A DNA stretch of 64,000 bases from the human T2T-CHM13v2.0 reference genome, Homo sapiens: the NCBI RefSeq assembly GCF_009914755.1, contig NC_060946.1; one strand, given 5' to 3'. Within the stretch, counting starts at the first letter, position 1, and each line of letters opens with the position of its first letter. Position numbers and translations under genes: made by a program. Under the pieces are notes generated by a model. The model worked only from the letters and a program-made list of their open reading frames with translations, searched no databases and had not been told where the DNA came from. Positions 1 through 22,371 of this stretch are shown here, piece after piece.

Positions 1-257
1 GTACTCCAGAGGGAGACCCTGTCTAAAAAATAAAAAATAAAATAAAAAAAAGAATACTTTTCTTGAATAGTTTTCAAATTTTAGATGGGTTAAATAGGGA
101 GAAAAAGTAAATGTTTCCACCTCTCTTTACAAAAGTATTTCTTATGGAATTGCTGTAAACTATAGATAGCTTAAGAGAAAAAGTTTCCTTAAATTTAGAA
201 AACAAAACAAGTAAAGAACCAATAATATTCCAAATATATGTCATAAACACATTACTC

Positions 258-535
258 TGGCAGGGTGGCTCATGCCTGTAATCTCAGCACTTTGGGAGGC
301 CAAGGCAGGAGGATTGCTTGAGCTCAGGAGTTTGAGACCAGCCTAGGCAATATAGCAAGATCCTACCTCTACAAAAAGATTTTAAAAATTATAATAGCTG
401 GGCATGGTGACATGTGCTGGTAGTCTCAGCTACACAGGATGTTGAGGTAGGAGGCTTGTTTAAGCCCAAGAGGTTGAGGCTGCAGTGAGCCTGGATGACA
501 GAGTGAGACCCTGTCTCAAAAATAAATAAATAAAT
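258..535 (+). mobile_element. Alu (J-like)
   Basis: Alu consensus blocks and A-rich tail. Confidence 0.9.
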
Positions 536-795
536 ACAGAAAAGAAAAGAAAATTATCTTCATCAGTTTTTAATTGAGTTCTGTTTGATTTTGATTAGAG
601 ATTTCAGGAATTCATCAGTTTCTTCATTAGAGTTCTGAAAATTCTTTATTTAGTCCATAGATCTTAAAGTTTTTAAGTTTTTAGAAACTTGTATTTAAGA
701 TTACTTGTTAGAGTCTTCTTATGAATCTGATTGCAAATGCTCTTAGAGAAGAATCAGAACCACAGATGACAAAGACTTGGAACAACCATGGTTGA

Positions 796-1125
<330 letters not shown>

Positions 1126-1371
1126 CCATGGTTAAAAATCTAATGGAAGTTCATTATAATCAGCAGTGGACAAGGAAATTTGTCAATTTGTTATTTATGT
1201 GTCGCAAGCAATACAGAAGGTTACCAGGGTGTAAAAACAAAAAAATCTTAACCCTTTCATAGCTCAGGTTTTATGAAAAAGTTGTGAATTTCATCAGACA
1301 CAGGCAGAGTGTGTCCAAGGTTATGAGTTTCCATCATATTATAGTGGAATGTAAACAAGAAAACTAGTACC

Positions 1372-2779
<1,408 letters not shown>

Positions 2780-3290
2780 TTAAATTAAAATAAATAAATA
2801 ATTGTTGCATGTTGCCTGAATATGAACAGGTATTCTATGTAGTACCTATGGTTCCAAAGTGAGTGAGTAGCAAGCCCCCTTACCCCGAGACTGCCCTGCC
2901 TTCCTCCCTGCCCTTTGTCCCTTCTTACTTTCTGATGACAAAAGTCAAGGAAGGAGGAAAACTCCAGAAGTTTCATATCTTCTCTGCCTGGGCTTCCTTG
3001 ACCAGATGCTTTCCTGGGAGACCAGGATAGGGGATGTGGAAGGAATACTGTTGACGAGCCCCTCCTCCCCAGGCACAGTGCCTCACCCAGACCTCCCTCC
3101 CTGCAGCAGGGAGGTGACCTCCTTATCCCTGTTCTACAGCTGAGAAGGCTGAGGCTCAGAAAGGCTGGGCAAGCTGCTCGAGGTCCCAGAGACGGGCGGG
3201 GGCAGGGCTCCAGCCTAGAGCTCTAGCCACTGACCCTGTGCTCTAAGTGTTCCTGTGTTACACACACTTATCTTTCTCCCCACCTCCTAG

Positions 3291-4667
<1,377 letters not shown>

Positions 4668-4813
4668 TAAACAGGAGTTCCCTAACGGGTTGGTGTTCAG
4701 GGACAGGGGAACTGCGCACACGTAAGACTTGAAGTGGGGTTTAAATAAATGGGGATGGGAGCAGTCTGTGATGGGCACTGCGAAGCCACTCAGCCCTGGC
4801 GGGATTCCCTCAG

Positions 4814-4898
4814 GTGCTGGAGGACTCCCGGACAGTGCTCACCGCTGCTGATGTGCTCCCAGATGGGCCCTTCCCCCAGGACGAGAAGCTGAAGGATG
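4814..4898 (+). CDS. CCDC134: CCDC134 coding exon 3 [28 protein letters not shown]
   Basis: ccctcag acceptor ends 4813; 85 nt; donor GTATGG at 4899. Confidence 0.96.
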
Positions 4899-5052
4899 GT
4901 ATGGTCTGCCCTGCCCCGCCCTGTCCTCCGCACCACCCGATCTTCTCTAGCTGCTCCTTCTCTCCTGTTCTTGTCACTCTTTTTTTCTCCCCGGAAGTGC
5001 CCTCTTGTGGCACCTTCTAAGTGGTCCCCTTGGGCAGATGGGCGTTTCGTGA

Positions 5053-6581
<1,529 letters not shown>

Positions 6582-6697
6582 CACACTAACAAAGCTCAGT
6601 CTAAATTGACCTGTTGACCAGTAGAAGCACATTAGTAGGAAAACAGAAAATTCAAATTAAGTCTGTTAGGTTAGTTGGTAGTATTGTATTGCTGTTA

Positions 6698-7087
<390 letters not shown>

Positions 7088-7870
7088 TTATGTTATGTTA
7101 TGTTAAGTCCAAGATAATTTCAGGCCGAGTGCAGTGGCTCATGCCTATAATCCCAGAGCTTTAGAAGGCCGAGGTAGGAGGATCACTTGAGGCCAGGAGT
7201 TTGAGATCAGCCTGGGCAACAAAGTGAGACCTCACCTCTAAAGTAATTAATTAATTAATTAAATATATTCATTCGTTCATTCAAAATAAGAACTTAAGCA
7301 CTTAAAATGAAATAAAATGGAAAGAATATTAAAAAAGAAAAATGCTGGCCTGTTGTGTGGCCATCCTAAGATACCTGAGGTCTCACAGACACTCTAGTTG
7401 TGTTAACACCAGGGCCAGCACTGGACATTTGGATAACATGTCGGTGGGGGGGTCAAGCCCAGTAAAGTCTCATGTGATACATCAGCATCTGTGTGCAGAA
7501 CAACACTCACTTCTCTGGTCCCCACAGCAAATGTGTCTTCTAAGCAGCAAGATGTGCCTTTGGGCTGACGGACCTGGGTTTGCAGCCCAGATTTGCTACT
7601 CACTAGCTGCTGAGCCTCAGTTTCCCATCTGTAAAATGGGAACAGCAGCCACATCTCCCTCTAAAAGTGGTTATGAGGACTCAGTGAGCTGGTGGATGTA
7701 AGGCCCTAGTTCGCACTGTACATGTGATTGGCAGCCTGTGGTCAGTAGGCACTGTTCCTTCCTTGCTTGGTGGGTTTGGTGGATGTCTCTGTTCTCTAGA
7801 GGATGCCAGGGGCCAGTGAGGCAGCCAGGAGAGCATCTGCCCTGGCCACTCATCAGGGTCCTCTCGCCAG

Positions 7871-8052
7871 CTTTCTCCCACGTGGTGGAGAACACGGCCT
7901 TCTTCGGCGATGTGGTGCTGCGCTTCCCGAGGATTGTGCACTATTACTTTGACCACAACTCCAACTGGAACCTCCTCATCCGCTGGGGTATCAGTTTCTG
8001 CAACCAGACAGGCGTCTTCAACCAGGGGCCCCACTCGCCCATCCTCAGCCTG
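7871..8052 (+). CDS. CCDC134: CCDC134 coding exon 4 (A)[13 protein letters not shown]...PILSL; contains N-glycosylation sequon N148-Q-T
   Basis: ctctcgccag acceptor ends 7870; 182 nt; donor GTAAGG at 8053. Confidence 0.97.
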
Positions 8053-8336
8053 GTAAGGACTGGGGTGGAGGTGGCCCGGGAGCCCTCTGTCGGGTAGTGG
8101 ACTAGGATCCTCACATCTGCCTTCAGTTGGGCCTGAACGTCAGTGCTTGGTTACATTTTCTTTGTGGAGCTTCAGGGTATCTTGGGCCACAGAGGCCCCA
8201 TTTCAAGGGATTCTGTGCTGACCCAGTTCCCATGGGATCATCATGTGGCCCACATCTGCCCAAGTCAGGAGTCTGGGTCCCAGCATGGAAGGAATGACTC
8301 TCTGGTGAGCAGGACTCAGGAGAAGGCAGATGATGA

Positions 8337-8567
<231 letters not shown>

Positions 8568-9063
8568 TGACTCATTGGAGCCTGTGGGCAAGTCATTGCT
8601 CCCCTCTTAGCCTCAGGCTCCCTGTCTGTTCACAGCATGTGAACTCCAGTTATGGGGGGTAGTTAGGAGGCTATGAACAAACCCATCCCAGCACAAAATA
8701 GGCATCCCACTTCAGGTGGATGTCAGGGTAGCTAGGGAGATCAGGCCATGCTCTTCCCTGCCTTTGAACCTCTGAGCACCAACTGGGCTTCCATCCCGCA
8801 CTCCTGTACATGCTCTCATTCCAGGGGTTCCAGGGGGCTGAGGTGGGCTTTGAGAGCTGGAGACCAAGTTTGGGATAAAAGATGAGGACAGGCCGGGCAC
8901 GGTGGCTCACATCTGTAATTCCAGCACTTTGGGAGGCCGAGGCGGGTGGATCACCTGAGGTCAGGAGTTCGAGACTAGCCTGGCCAATATGGTGAAACTC
9001 TGTCTTTACTAAAAATACAAAAAACTGGCCAGGCGTGGTGGTGCATGCCTGTAATCCTAGCTA

Positions 9064-9282
<219 letters not shown>

Positions 9283-9678
9283 TCAAACCCTGGTGTCGGG
9301 AGGGGTGTTGGGTGTCTCAAGGGTCTAGGATTTAATTCTGCCTCCAGGCCAACAAGCTAGCCTGCTACTGTTTCATGGACACTGATAGGTCAGAGACATT
9401 GGACTGTATTACAGCAAAGGCACTAGCTAGACTGTTGGCCTGGTTGTGTTGGTTCATCTTGTTCCCTAACTCCCACGGAGGTGACACAGAGGGGCCAGGT
9501 GGGCGCTGTGCATGCAGGGGGTGTGCATCATAGCTGAGAACTGCCAAGCTGGAGAAATTCATGATTTTTATAGTGAACCGCAGCAAACGTGCTCTTTGGG
9601 AAGAGACATCACCACACCGTTCGAGGTTGCTCTCTGCAAACACAATCCTAAGACATGGCCCAGGTAAAGAGTGGTTAG

Positions 9679-10556
<878 letters not shown>

Positions 10557-10630
10557 CCTAACCTGCAATATTGAACAGGGTCCTGGACTCAACCAGCTGT
10601 GAAGGTCCTGGAGGACCAGTAAGTCTCATT

Positions 10631-11201
10631 TTGGATAATCAGGATATTGTCTAAGACCAATCTGTTATCCACGACCACCCACATAAGAGAGTTTAGATTG
10701 ACCTGCCAATCTTTGATGTTACTGCCAATAAGTACAGGGGGCAATAGATGGACCCAAGCAACCCTCATGCCCCCATAAGGAGACATTCCATGACCCATTC
10801 TCTCCCACATGTTACGCTTGATTTGAGTCACCAGAACAATGTTTAGTTGAGCCTGAGGGCAGTGTCACTGTGGAGCTTCAGCCTCAGTTGCCTACATGGT
10901 ATAATCCAAGGCTACTCAGACATCAGGAAAAGCAGATGAATTTGTATCTGTCAGGTTGAAACAAAATTGTGCTGGCTGGTGTGTCTGCACAAGGTCACTG
11001 TTGAGAACTACCTTTGATGGCATTAGACACAGCAGAATAGCTCAGTACTGACGTGTCCATGTGAGTTTTCCTATCATGTGGATGGAAATGAGACACCCAA
11101 CAGTTGGCCATATTGACAGCTGCAGCTGCCACTGGGCTTGGGCAGACCCTAGGATTGTTTTGCCAGGTGGCAGTGATGGATCTAAGGGATAAAGAGAACA
11201 T
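10631..11201 (-). pseudogene. Degenerate retroviral env (gamma-type): SU N-terminus with CWVS (CxxC remnant), QIKR furin-like site, ISD QVNLNSLMWVVVDNRLVLDNIL
   Basis: Motifs read from ORFs 10995..11201(-) and 10589..10831(-), in the correct order. Confidence 0.7.
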
Positions 11202-11281
11202 TAATTGTTCCCTGCACTTTCTGGGATCTAAGGTATATCCTCCCCAGGTGGCAGGATTATTGCTATAAAATCCATGTGTCC

Positions 11282-12488
<1,207 letters not shown>

Positions 12489-12605
12489 TCATCCAAGCAA
12501 GGGTGATACCTTTTAATTCAGGCCATTGTCTGACTGGCCTTTATGGCAGTTAATCAGCCAGCATTGTTACTGGGGCTGGCTGACTGTTGCTGCCCATGGA
12601 CACCT

Positions 12606-13154
12606 GTGTCAGGTTCCCAGAACCACTCCCAGGCTTGATGGTTCAATAGGAGGATTCACAGGACTCAGCATATGGTCATATTCATGGCCACGATTTACTA
12701 CAGAGAAAAGATACAAAGCAAAATCAGCAAAGGGAAAAGGTGCATCAGGCAAAGTCCAGGGGAAATAGGCTCAGCTTCCAGAGTCCCCTCCAAGTAGAGT
12801 CAAACAGGATGTGCTTCATTCCTCCCGCAATTAGTTGTAACAACGTGTTTAAAATGTTTTCTACCAGGAAACTTAATGAGGGACCTAGTGCCTGGGTTTT
12901 TACTGGGAGCTAGTCATGTGGGTACTTTTTGCCTAACATATCAAAATGGCAAACTCCCCGGAGCAAAGTATGTATTCAGCAGAAACCATATTGTTTGCAC
13001 AAACAGTTTAGGCACAGCGAACCACAGTTAGCAGTTAAGGTGGTGGGGACCCTCCTGAAATGCAAGTTCCCAGATGTCTGCTAAGGGCTAACCTTGGAAG
13101 CAGGCCTTTCAAAGGTTAGGAGTCAGGCCAGCTGTGTTGACTCTTTTCTGTACA
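12606..13154 (-). mobile_element. MER21-family LTR
   Basis: - strand starts TGTACAGAAAAGAGTCAACACAGC..; internal caaagcaaaatcagcaaagggaaaagg is typical of MER21. Confidence 0.65.
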
Positions 13155-14570
13155 ACACTATTAGCTTTTATATTAGCTGAATTACAGTGGGCTAGGCCTG
13201 AGTACTTGGGGGAACCTGTGAATCGAGGGTCCTGTTGAGCCAGTGGCTTTGCTTTATGTGGCAGAGTCGGGGATGCTGTTTCCTCAGTGGGGTAGCTGCC
13301 ACCCCTGCATGCCCAGCTGAAATGACGCATACCCCAAGGTTGCATGCTGCAATCATTACCCTGATAAATGGCCCAGATCAAGAACAGCCACGGCCTTCCG
13401 TTCTTGGTTTATGCAGCAAGAAAACATGTGTGGACACTCAAGGCCATGGCAGATTGCCTTTCCCAGCAAGGGGTTACCCATGGAGATGCTTTATTGCTGT
13501 GATGCCAGTTCTTCTTGCTATGCAGGTCATAGATGCCTCACTTAAACGCAGGAGGAGGGTGACAGCATAGGCCACAGAGAGAATGGGTGCCAGGATAAGT
13601 TGAGTCCAGCTTTATCATAACGTATTCTACTTGGACATAACCACAGCAGCAACATACTTTCCTTACATGCTGGATGGGGACAGTTCTGAGATTTTCCTCA
13701 CTTTTTGATATCCTGCGTGGACTTGTCTCTCGCAGGAGCCCCAGATTTGCTTGGCTCCCCTCACATACTCCCTCCATGCTGGTGAGAGTTCTGAGTTCTC
13801 CTGCTTCTTATGTACCCATCACTAGAGTCAACTCGTATCAGGCTGTGTGCCAGCCACTGTCCCTGTCCAGGGGGCTGGCCCTGTCGCAGCTCCTCAGATG
13901 CTCACAGTCTGATGGGGAAGGCAGCAGGGAAATAGTTCTAATCCGGTGTAACTGTTATACTGGTAAGAAGCATAATTCTCTGAGGCGAGCCTGACCCAGC
14001 CTTGGCAGGGAGGTGGGATGAGTTATTTGCTGGGTGGACCAGCTGAGGCAGGGCCTTCAGGGCAGAGGGACGAACTTATGCAAAGGCTCAGATGCATCCC
14101 ACATTCATTCATTCAGCATCAAGTGAGTATCTATTGCATCCTGCCCCTTGGGGAAGCAGGCTAGCCCTGTTCTCCTGGGAGTGGCATTCTAGTTGGGGAA
14201 GACAGGCAGTCAACTTAAAAATATATAATGTGGTAGGTGGTGACAAGGGCTGTGGAGAAAAAAGGCAGGGGAATGTGGTTAAGGAATGCCCGGGGTAAGG
14301 TGGGGGTGCAGTTGCTATTTCACATGGCCTGGGTACTGTCTTACTGAATTATCTGAAGGAGATGAGGAGTCATCTGTGTATCCCAAGGAAGAACATTCCA
14401 GGCTGAAGGAGCAGCAAGTGCAAAGGCTGTGAGTTGGAAGCATATTTTGGGGCTGGGGAGTGTCAGGAGATGGGGTCAGAGTTGTAGGCCTGATCCTGAG
14501 ACCCTCAGAGGTCTTCACAAGGGCTTTGGCACCTACCCTGAGGGACCTGGAGAGCAGGCTGTGACTTACC

Positions 14571-15056
<486 letters not shown>

Positions 15057-15920
15057 GACTTACCACTTTAAAGAGGTCATCTGGCTGCTGTGTGGAGCAT
15101 GGTCGGGGACCAGAAGCAGGGACACAGGTGTGGAGGCTGCTGTGCTCATCTGTGTGGCAGTTGATAGTGGCTTGAACCAGACGATGACAGTGGAGCTGCT
15201 GAGAAATGGTCAGGTTCTGCTTCTCTTTTGGAAGTAGAGCCAGTGGGATTTGCTGAGGAAGCATATGTGGTGAGAGAGAGAGGAGCGTTAAGCATGACTA
15301 GAAGACTTTTGGCCTGAGTGTCTGGAAGAATGGGACTCATTTTTTCAAATGCTTGGAGAGGGAGGGTAGTAAGAGTTTTTTTCTGCACCTGGTGAACATC
15401 GGAGTAAAGATGTCAAGGAGGTAGCTGGATATTTGACTCGAGACTTCAGGGAGGAAGGAGAAGCTGGACTTATAAATGTGAGAGCCATGCCTATGTAGAA
15501 GGCACCAAAAGCCGTGAGACAGGACACAGTCATCTGGGGCATCGGGCAGGTAGAGAAGCAGTCTGAGGACTGAGGCCTGGGATGGGGCTGGAGATAGAGG
15601 TTGAAGGACTGAGGAGGAAGCAGCGAGAACCCGCAGAAGGAGCAGTCAGCATGATGGTGGCCGACCCAAGAGTTTCCCAGAGGCCACATGAGGAAAGCGT
15701 TAGAAGTAGGGAGGGAGCGATCGGTGTGTCAGACGCTGCTGGGAGGTAAGGAAGGCGAGGACTGAGAATCGACTGCTGGACTGAGTAATGTTGAGGCCGC
15801 TGGTGGTCTTGATAAAAGCTGCTTTGAGGGGGTCCTGGGAACAAAAGATTGGATTTCCAGAGAATGAGAGGAAAGGAAGTGGATGTGGCAAGTATAGACA
15901 GCCCTTTCGAAAAGTTTTCC

Positions 15921-16188
15921 TTTCTTTTTTTTTTTATTATTATTATACTTTAAGTTTTAGGGTACATGTGCACAATGTGCAGGTTAGTTACATATGTATA
16001 CATGTGCCATGCTGGTGTGCTGCACCCATTAACTTGTCATTTAGCATTAGGCATATCTCCTAATGCTATCCCTCCCCCCTCCCCCCACCAGTCCCCAGAG
16101 TGTGATGTTCCCCTTCCTGTGTCCATGTGTTCTCATTGTTCAATTCCCATCTATGAGTGAGAACATGCGGTGTTTGGTTTTTTGTCCT
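15921..16188 (-). mobile_element. L1PA (about L1PA3/4) 3' end, 5'-truncated
   Basis: ttatactttaagttttagggtacatgtgcacaatgtgcagg...gagtgagaacatgcggtgtttgg is the reverse complement of the primate L1 3' UTR. Confidence 0.93.
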
Positions 16189-17676
16189 TAATGGGAGAAT
16201 AGCTGGAGGACAATGTGGTTTCCAATGTTAGTCCCTTGGGAGAGACCACAGCAGGCTTGCACTATGTGGATGGGACTGATCCATTAGAGAGGGAGGACGT
16301 GATGAGGCCAGGGGCTAGGTTGCTGGAGCCTCATCTGGAGGAGGTGAGGAGGGGTGAGTTGTAGTGCTGGGGGAAGGCTTGGCCTTGTACAGAAGAGCAG
16401 GTCCTTAACCTTGAACAGGAGGGCGGGCAGAGCATGTGGGCACAGAAGCAAATGGGTTGGTGGGTGTGGTGGTCGAGCTGTGGGGGTTGTCTCCTGCTAC
16501 TTTCATCCTCTCTGTGAGATAGAAAGCAAGGTCATGGTCTGGGAGTGAGGGGAGCACGGAGGCTTGAGGAGAAGGTATGTGCAGGAGAGCAGGAGGATGA
16601 GCGGACCAGGGAATGAGGCTGGATTGCCGGCAGCACGGAGGGCCTGCTCGTGGTTATTGTAGGGCTAAGGAGTTAGAGAAGGTAGAAGGCGGTGGCCAGA
16701 GTGGCATGCTTGAGGCTATGGAGGATGTGGTTGTTGTCAGGGACAGGCAGAGCAGGGTAGCTTGAAGACAGGAGGAGATAAGGCTGGAGACGTAGCATGG
16801 GGTCCGGGCCTTTGAACAACAAGCTTAGGAGTTTGGGGCTCTATCCTGGAGCCAGATGCATTTTTGCAGAGCAGGCAATGAAGAGTGAATTTGGAATAGA
16901 GAGGAAATAAATTGATGACTAACCTAACAGTGAAGACAGCGGAGGCACAGGGAGGTACAGTAATCAACCTGAGGTCTCACAGCCAGTAAGTGATGGAGTG
17001 AAGGTTCAAATACATGTGGTCTGCCTCTTGAACCATGCTCTTAACCACAGTGCTGTGTTGGCCATCAGCCTGCTGACCTGACCCAGGCTGGTCAGGTACA
17101 ATCAGGGGTGGCCAGGGAAGATTCCTGGGGAGACATCTAAAGATAGATTCAAAAGATGACTAGGCACTGCCAGGCCTAGGTGGGGAAGGGAACAGGGAAA
17201 GGATGGGTGTGTTTCTCTTCTGACCCGGCTAGGTTAGGCTGAGCCTGCTGAGGCTGAAGGGGCTAAGATCTCTTGACTTGCCCTTGCCCAGCCAGAGTCA
17301 GAGAGGAATGGGGTCTCTGTGGCCTAAGGGGTCTCCCAGCTCCCCGTCTTAAGTGGATCAGGATTCACTCACAGAGACAGGAGCAGAGTGTGGTAGGGAA
17401 GTACTAGGCAGGGAAGTGTGCAGCCTGCAAGGCTAGTCCTAGTTGGGCCTACCACATGCTGTGTGACTCACTTACCTTCTCTGGGCTACACTTCTGTGAA
17501 TCCCCCCATCTTCCAAAGTCATGACTCAATCTAACCTGGTAGGCAGATTATTCCACAAGGTGGAGCCATTTGTTTGTTTTTAGTATCTACTTTGATCAGA
17601 TCAAACATTTGTCACAATTGCCCTAGGAACAAATAAAAGGGTGTGTTTTACAGCACAGCTACCTGAGTTGTAGGCA

Positions 17677-18580
<904 letters not shown>

Positions 18581-19090
18581 TGCTATTGTATTTCCTATTC
18601 TAACGTGGCTTGCTCATTCATTGAAAAAACACATATTGAATGCTCTTGAAAAGCCAGGAAGACTCTGTGCTAAGGCCTTGTGGCAGAGGACACTATCCTC
18701 CTACCCTCATGGAATGTGCTGTCTGGGAGGGCGATGGGCACAAGAAAGAAGGAATCAGCACAAAGTTGAAGGGAGCACACCACCAGGAGCAGCCCCTCAG
18801 GGAGTCAGGGCAGGTCTAGAGGGCAGTGAGTCAGCTGAGCCCGAGCTAATGTGGCAGAGGGGTGGGTGTTGGAAAGAGCGTTCTGGGCCTCAGCCACAGC
18901 ACATGCAAAGGCCTGGAAGTGAGAGGGTACAGGGAATCCAAGAACATAAAGGTGGGGGATATGAGGGTAGGAACAGAGAGGCGGGCGGGGTGGACCTGCA
19001 GATACACCATGTGGAACTTTGTCTTGAGAGTCATGGAGAGCCATGGAAGCTGGAATGTGACATGCACAGATTTACATTTTGAAAAGATCC

Positions 19091-19462
<372 letters not shown>

Positions 19463-20281
19463 CTAGAGTCATCCAGCAGAGAGATGGGGGTGGTGATGGG
19501 GGCAGCAATAGTAGAGACAGAGAAGTGGATGGGTTTGAGAGAGATTTAGGGCTTGAAAGTAGCCAGGCCTTGGTGATGGACCCGAGGAGGGAGAGGGAAT
19601 GCCGGGTGCAGGTGGGGCTCCTCGGTTTCTGCCCTGCTGCTCATCAGAACAGGGACTCTGGGGAGAGGGAACCATACTGAGTCTAGGGTGCATTTGGGAC
19701 ATCCTAAAGGAGGTCTCAGACAGGCATTTGGAAATGGAGATGCAAGTTTGAGGGGTAACTAACCACACAGGCCAACAGAAGCTATGAGTTAGACGAGACA
19801 ATCTGGAGAGAGAGGAGGGAGGACAGCCAAGGGCCTGGGTTGCAGTTGAAGAATGCCCCCACGCCACCCCCTACCGCCAATGAAGTCCTCATCCTCCACC
19901 CCCCCACTTGCCTTGTCATCTGTGACTCTGGCTGACCTCCCTCCTCTCCTCCTGAAGGGTGCAGCAGGTGTGGGGCTCCCGGGTCTGTGGTGGTCTCAGC
20001 CACTCTACTCCCTCACCCTGGAGGAGTCTGTGTGTTGTTTCTCAGATGCCCCATGTAGGTTCCCACCTCAGCATCCGTCCCTCCACCTAGAATACCCTTC
20101 CCTTTCCTCATGCCGTTGGTTTGGCAAACTCCTGCTTATCTTCCAACACCCACTCAGCAGTTCTCCCAAACCCATTTCCTGTCTCCGTGTCTGGGGCAGG
20201 GCCTGTGTCCAGGGAACCTTCCTATTCCCACACCCCGCTGGTGGCCTAGCTCAGAGCAGGCTCTTTGCTGCCACAGACTAA

Positions 20282-20434
<153 letters not shown>

Positions 20435-20880
20435 CCCTGGAGCAGCTCAGGGCTCAGGGGGCCACAAGGAGGCAGGTCGGGAGGAAGAAGAGGTGGAGGT
20501 GTGGTTGTGGTGGAGAGCACCAGCTAGCCCCTTCCAGAAGGGGAGGCCACATTTGCCCGGCCCCCTGGAGCTGGGTCTGAGCCCCAGCTGAAGGGACTGA
20601 GCCTCAGATGGCTGGATTTTCTCTCAGGGGCCTCCTGCTGAAGGGGCCTTCAGAGGATTTTATGCTGGAAATATGACCCTGTGCAGACTGCTGGGGGAGG
20701 CAGGAGGATGCCTGCCTGGACCCTGTTGGTGGCTGAAGACCTCTGGCCAGCTGGCTTCCGCCCTTGGTGGGGAAGCAGCAGAACTAGGTTCTGAGCCACG
20801 GGTCAGGGTGCCACCCTGCTGCTGGCCCCACTGTGTCACAGAGCTGCCTGGCACAGGTCCCAGCCCCTCTGCAGAGACAC

Positions 20881-20886
20881 AATAAA
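20881..20886 (+). terminator. CCDC134: Proximal polyadenylation signal of CCDC134
   Basis: AATAAA ~450 nt after the stop codon. Confidence 0.75.
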
Positions 20887-22021
20887 AGCCAGCAGACCCT
20901 TTGGACCGACCAAGGCTGGTGGGGACACTGTGAGGGGACCAGGGCCCCTCAGGGATGTAGAAACAGCTTGGAGGATGCCTCTGCCCCACCAGGAGGGGCC
21001 CCAGGCCCTGGCAGGGCAGAGAAGGAAGGGGCTTGGCTTGGGCCTCCTGGTCCTACGCCATCACTGCCCTTGACAAATGATTGGTGTTGGGAAAGGACCT
21101 GGAAGTGCCCTGGGACCTGGGAAACATTTAGCTCAAGAAGACCTTGGAGCAACATGATCCCTGTCCTCAGATGTCTGGGGACAGTCATTGAGCAAGCACA
21201 GGGAAGTCAGCTTGTTCTCTCTGGCAGCGCTGGAAGACAGTCAACCTGTGGGTGGGGGGCTGCAGGGGGACAGGCCGCAGCCCTGCAGGAGGCCGTGCTC
21301 CGCAATGGCTGCCCTAAGCTGCATGGGTCAGACAGCTTCCCGTCTCGGGAGGCCACAGGGCAGGGAAGCTGCAGAGGGCATGTGGCCCTGGGTAGGGCAG
21401 CTGCCCTTCACTCATGCCCCTCCCAAGCAGAGGAGGGAAGGGCTTTAGTGAGAATTCTAGCTCTGCCTCTTTGACCTTGCCAAGTCAGGATCTGCCTCTT
21501 AAAGGAGCAGAGAAAACCATCCCAGATCCCCTCGACACCCAGCCCCCTACCACTGACAGAGCACAAGTGAGATCTGAGTGTTAGCCCTTCAGATTTGCTG
21601 ACTGGCCTTGGCCCACCCCTCCCTGTGCTGCAGCTTCATTGGCAAAATGAATTTGATGGTATCTGTATCCCCTGCCCAGCCCTAACCTGTTTCTCTGAGG
21701 CTGGCCTCCCTACGGGGCTGCAGCAGCAAAGGGAAGCCAAGCCTTAGAGAAGCCTCATGGAAGGGCCCAGAACATCCTGCACCCATCAGTTACTCGGAAG
21801 TAAGGGGACAAGAAGCAGCTGGAAGAGAGCTGGGTGTGGGGGCTGGGAGGAGTGCTGGAGAAATTTCCCCATCAGAAGGCCCCTCACTGGGCAGTGGAGG
21901 CAGGGCAGTGTGGTGGGACTGACTCAACAGACATAGTTTCATCTCCACCCTGCCCTTCTCAGGTTGTGTGACCCCAGCCACATGGACACCCGAGTCTGTG
22001 AACTAAAGGGCTGGTCTATGG

Positions 22022-22371
22022 CATTAACAGTGGAGGGTGTCCAGGTTCTTGATGTCTTGAACAAAGAATTGGGCAAAATGCACAAAGCAAGGAAGGAATG
22101 AAGGGTTTTACTGAGAATGAAAGTATACTCCACAGCATGGGAGAGGGCCTGAGCATAGGGACTCAAGGGGCCCGTTACAGAATTTTTGGGAGTAAATACC
22201 CACTAGAGGATTCCATTGGTTACTTGAGGTACACCCTATGTAAATGGAAAGGATGAAGTAAATTTACAAATTCATTTACAGCATATACCCTATGGGGAGG
22301 ATATTCCCTGTTATAGCTGAAGCGTGAATTGGCCTTATGTTCCCTGCCTCCAGACCCTATTTTCCTGCATC
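22022..22371 (-). mobile_element. MER51-family solo LTR (ERV1)
   Basis: - strand starts TGATGCAGGAAAATAGGGTCTGGAGGCAGGGAACATAAGGCCAATTCAC; ~350 bp. Confidence 0.8.

Noticed and set aside
20986-21001. CTCF-like CCACCAGGAGGGGCC
   Set aside because: Core spacing deviates from the consensus; too weak without ChIP data.
20833-21474. 213-aa ORF downstream of CCDC134
   Set aside because: GC-rich UTR sequence, non-ATG start, spans the proximal poly(A) signal, no recognisable domain.
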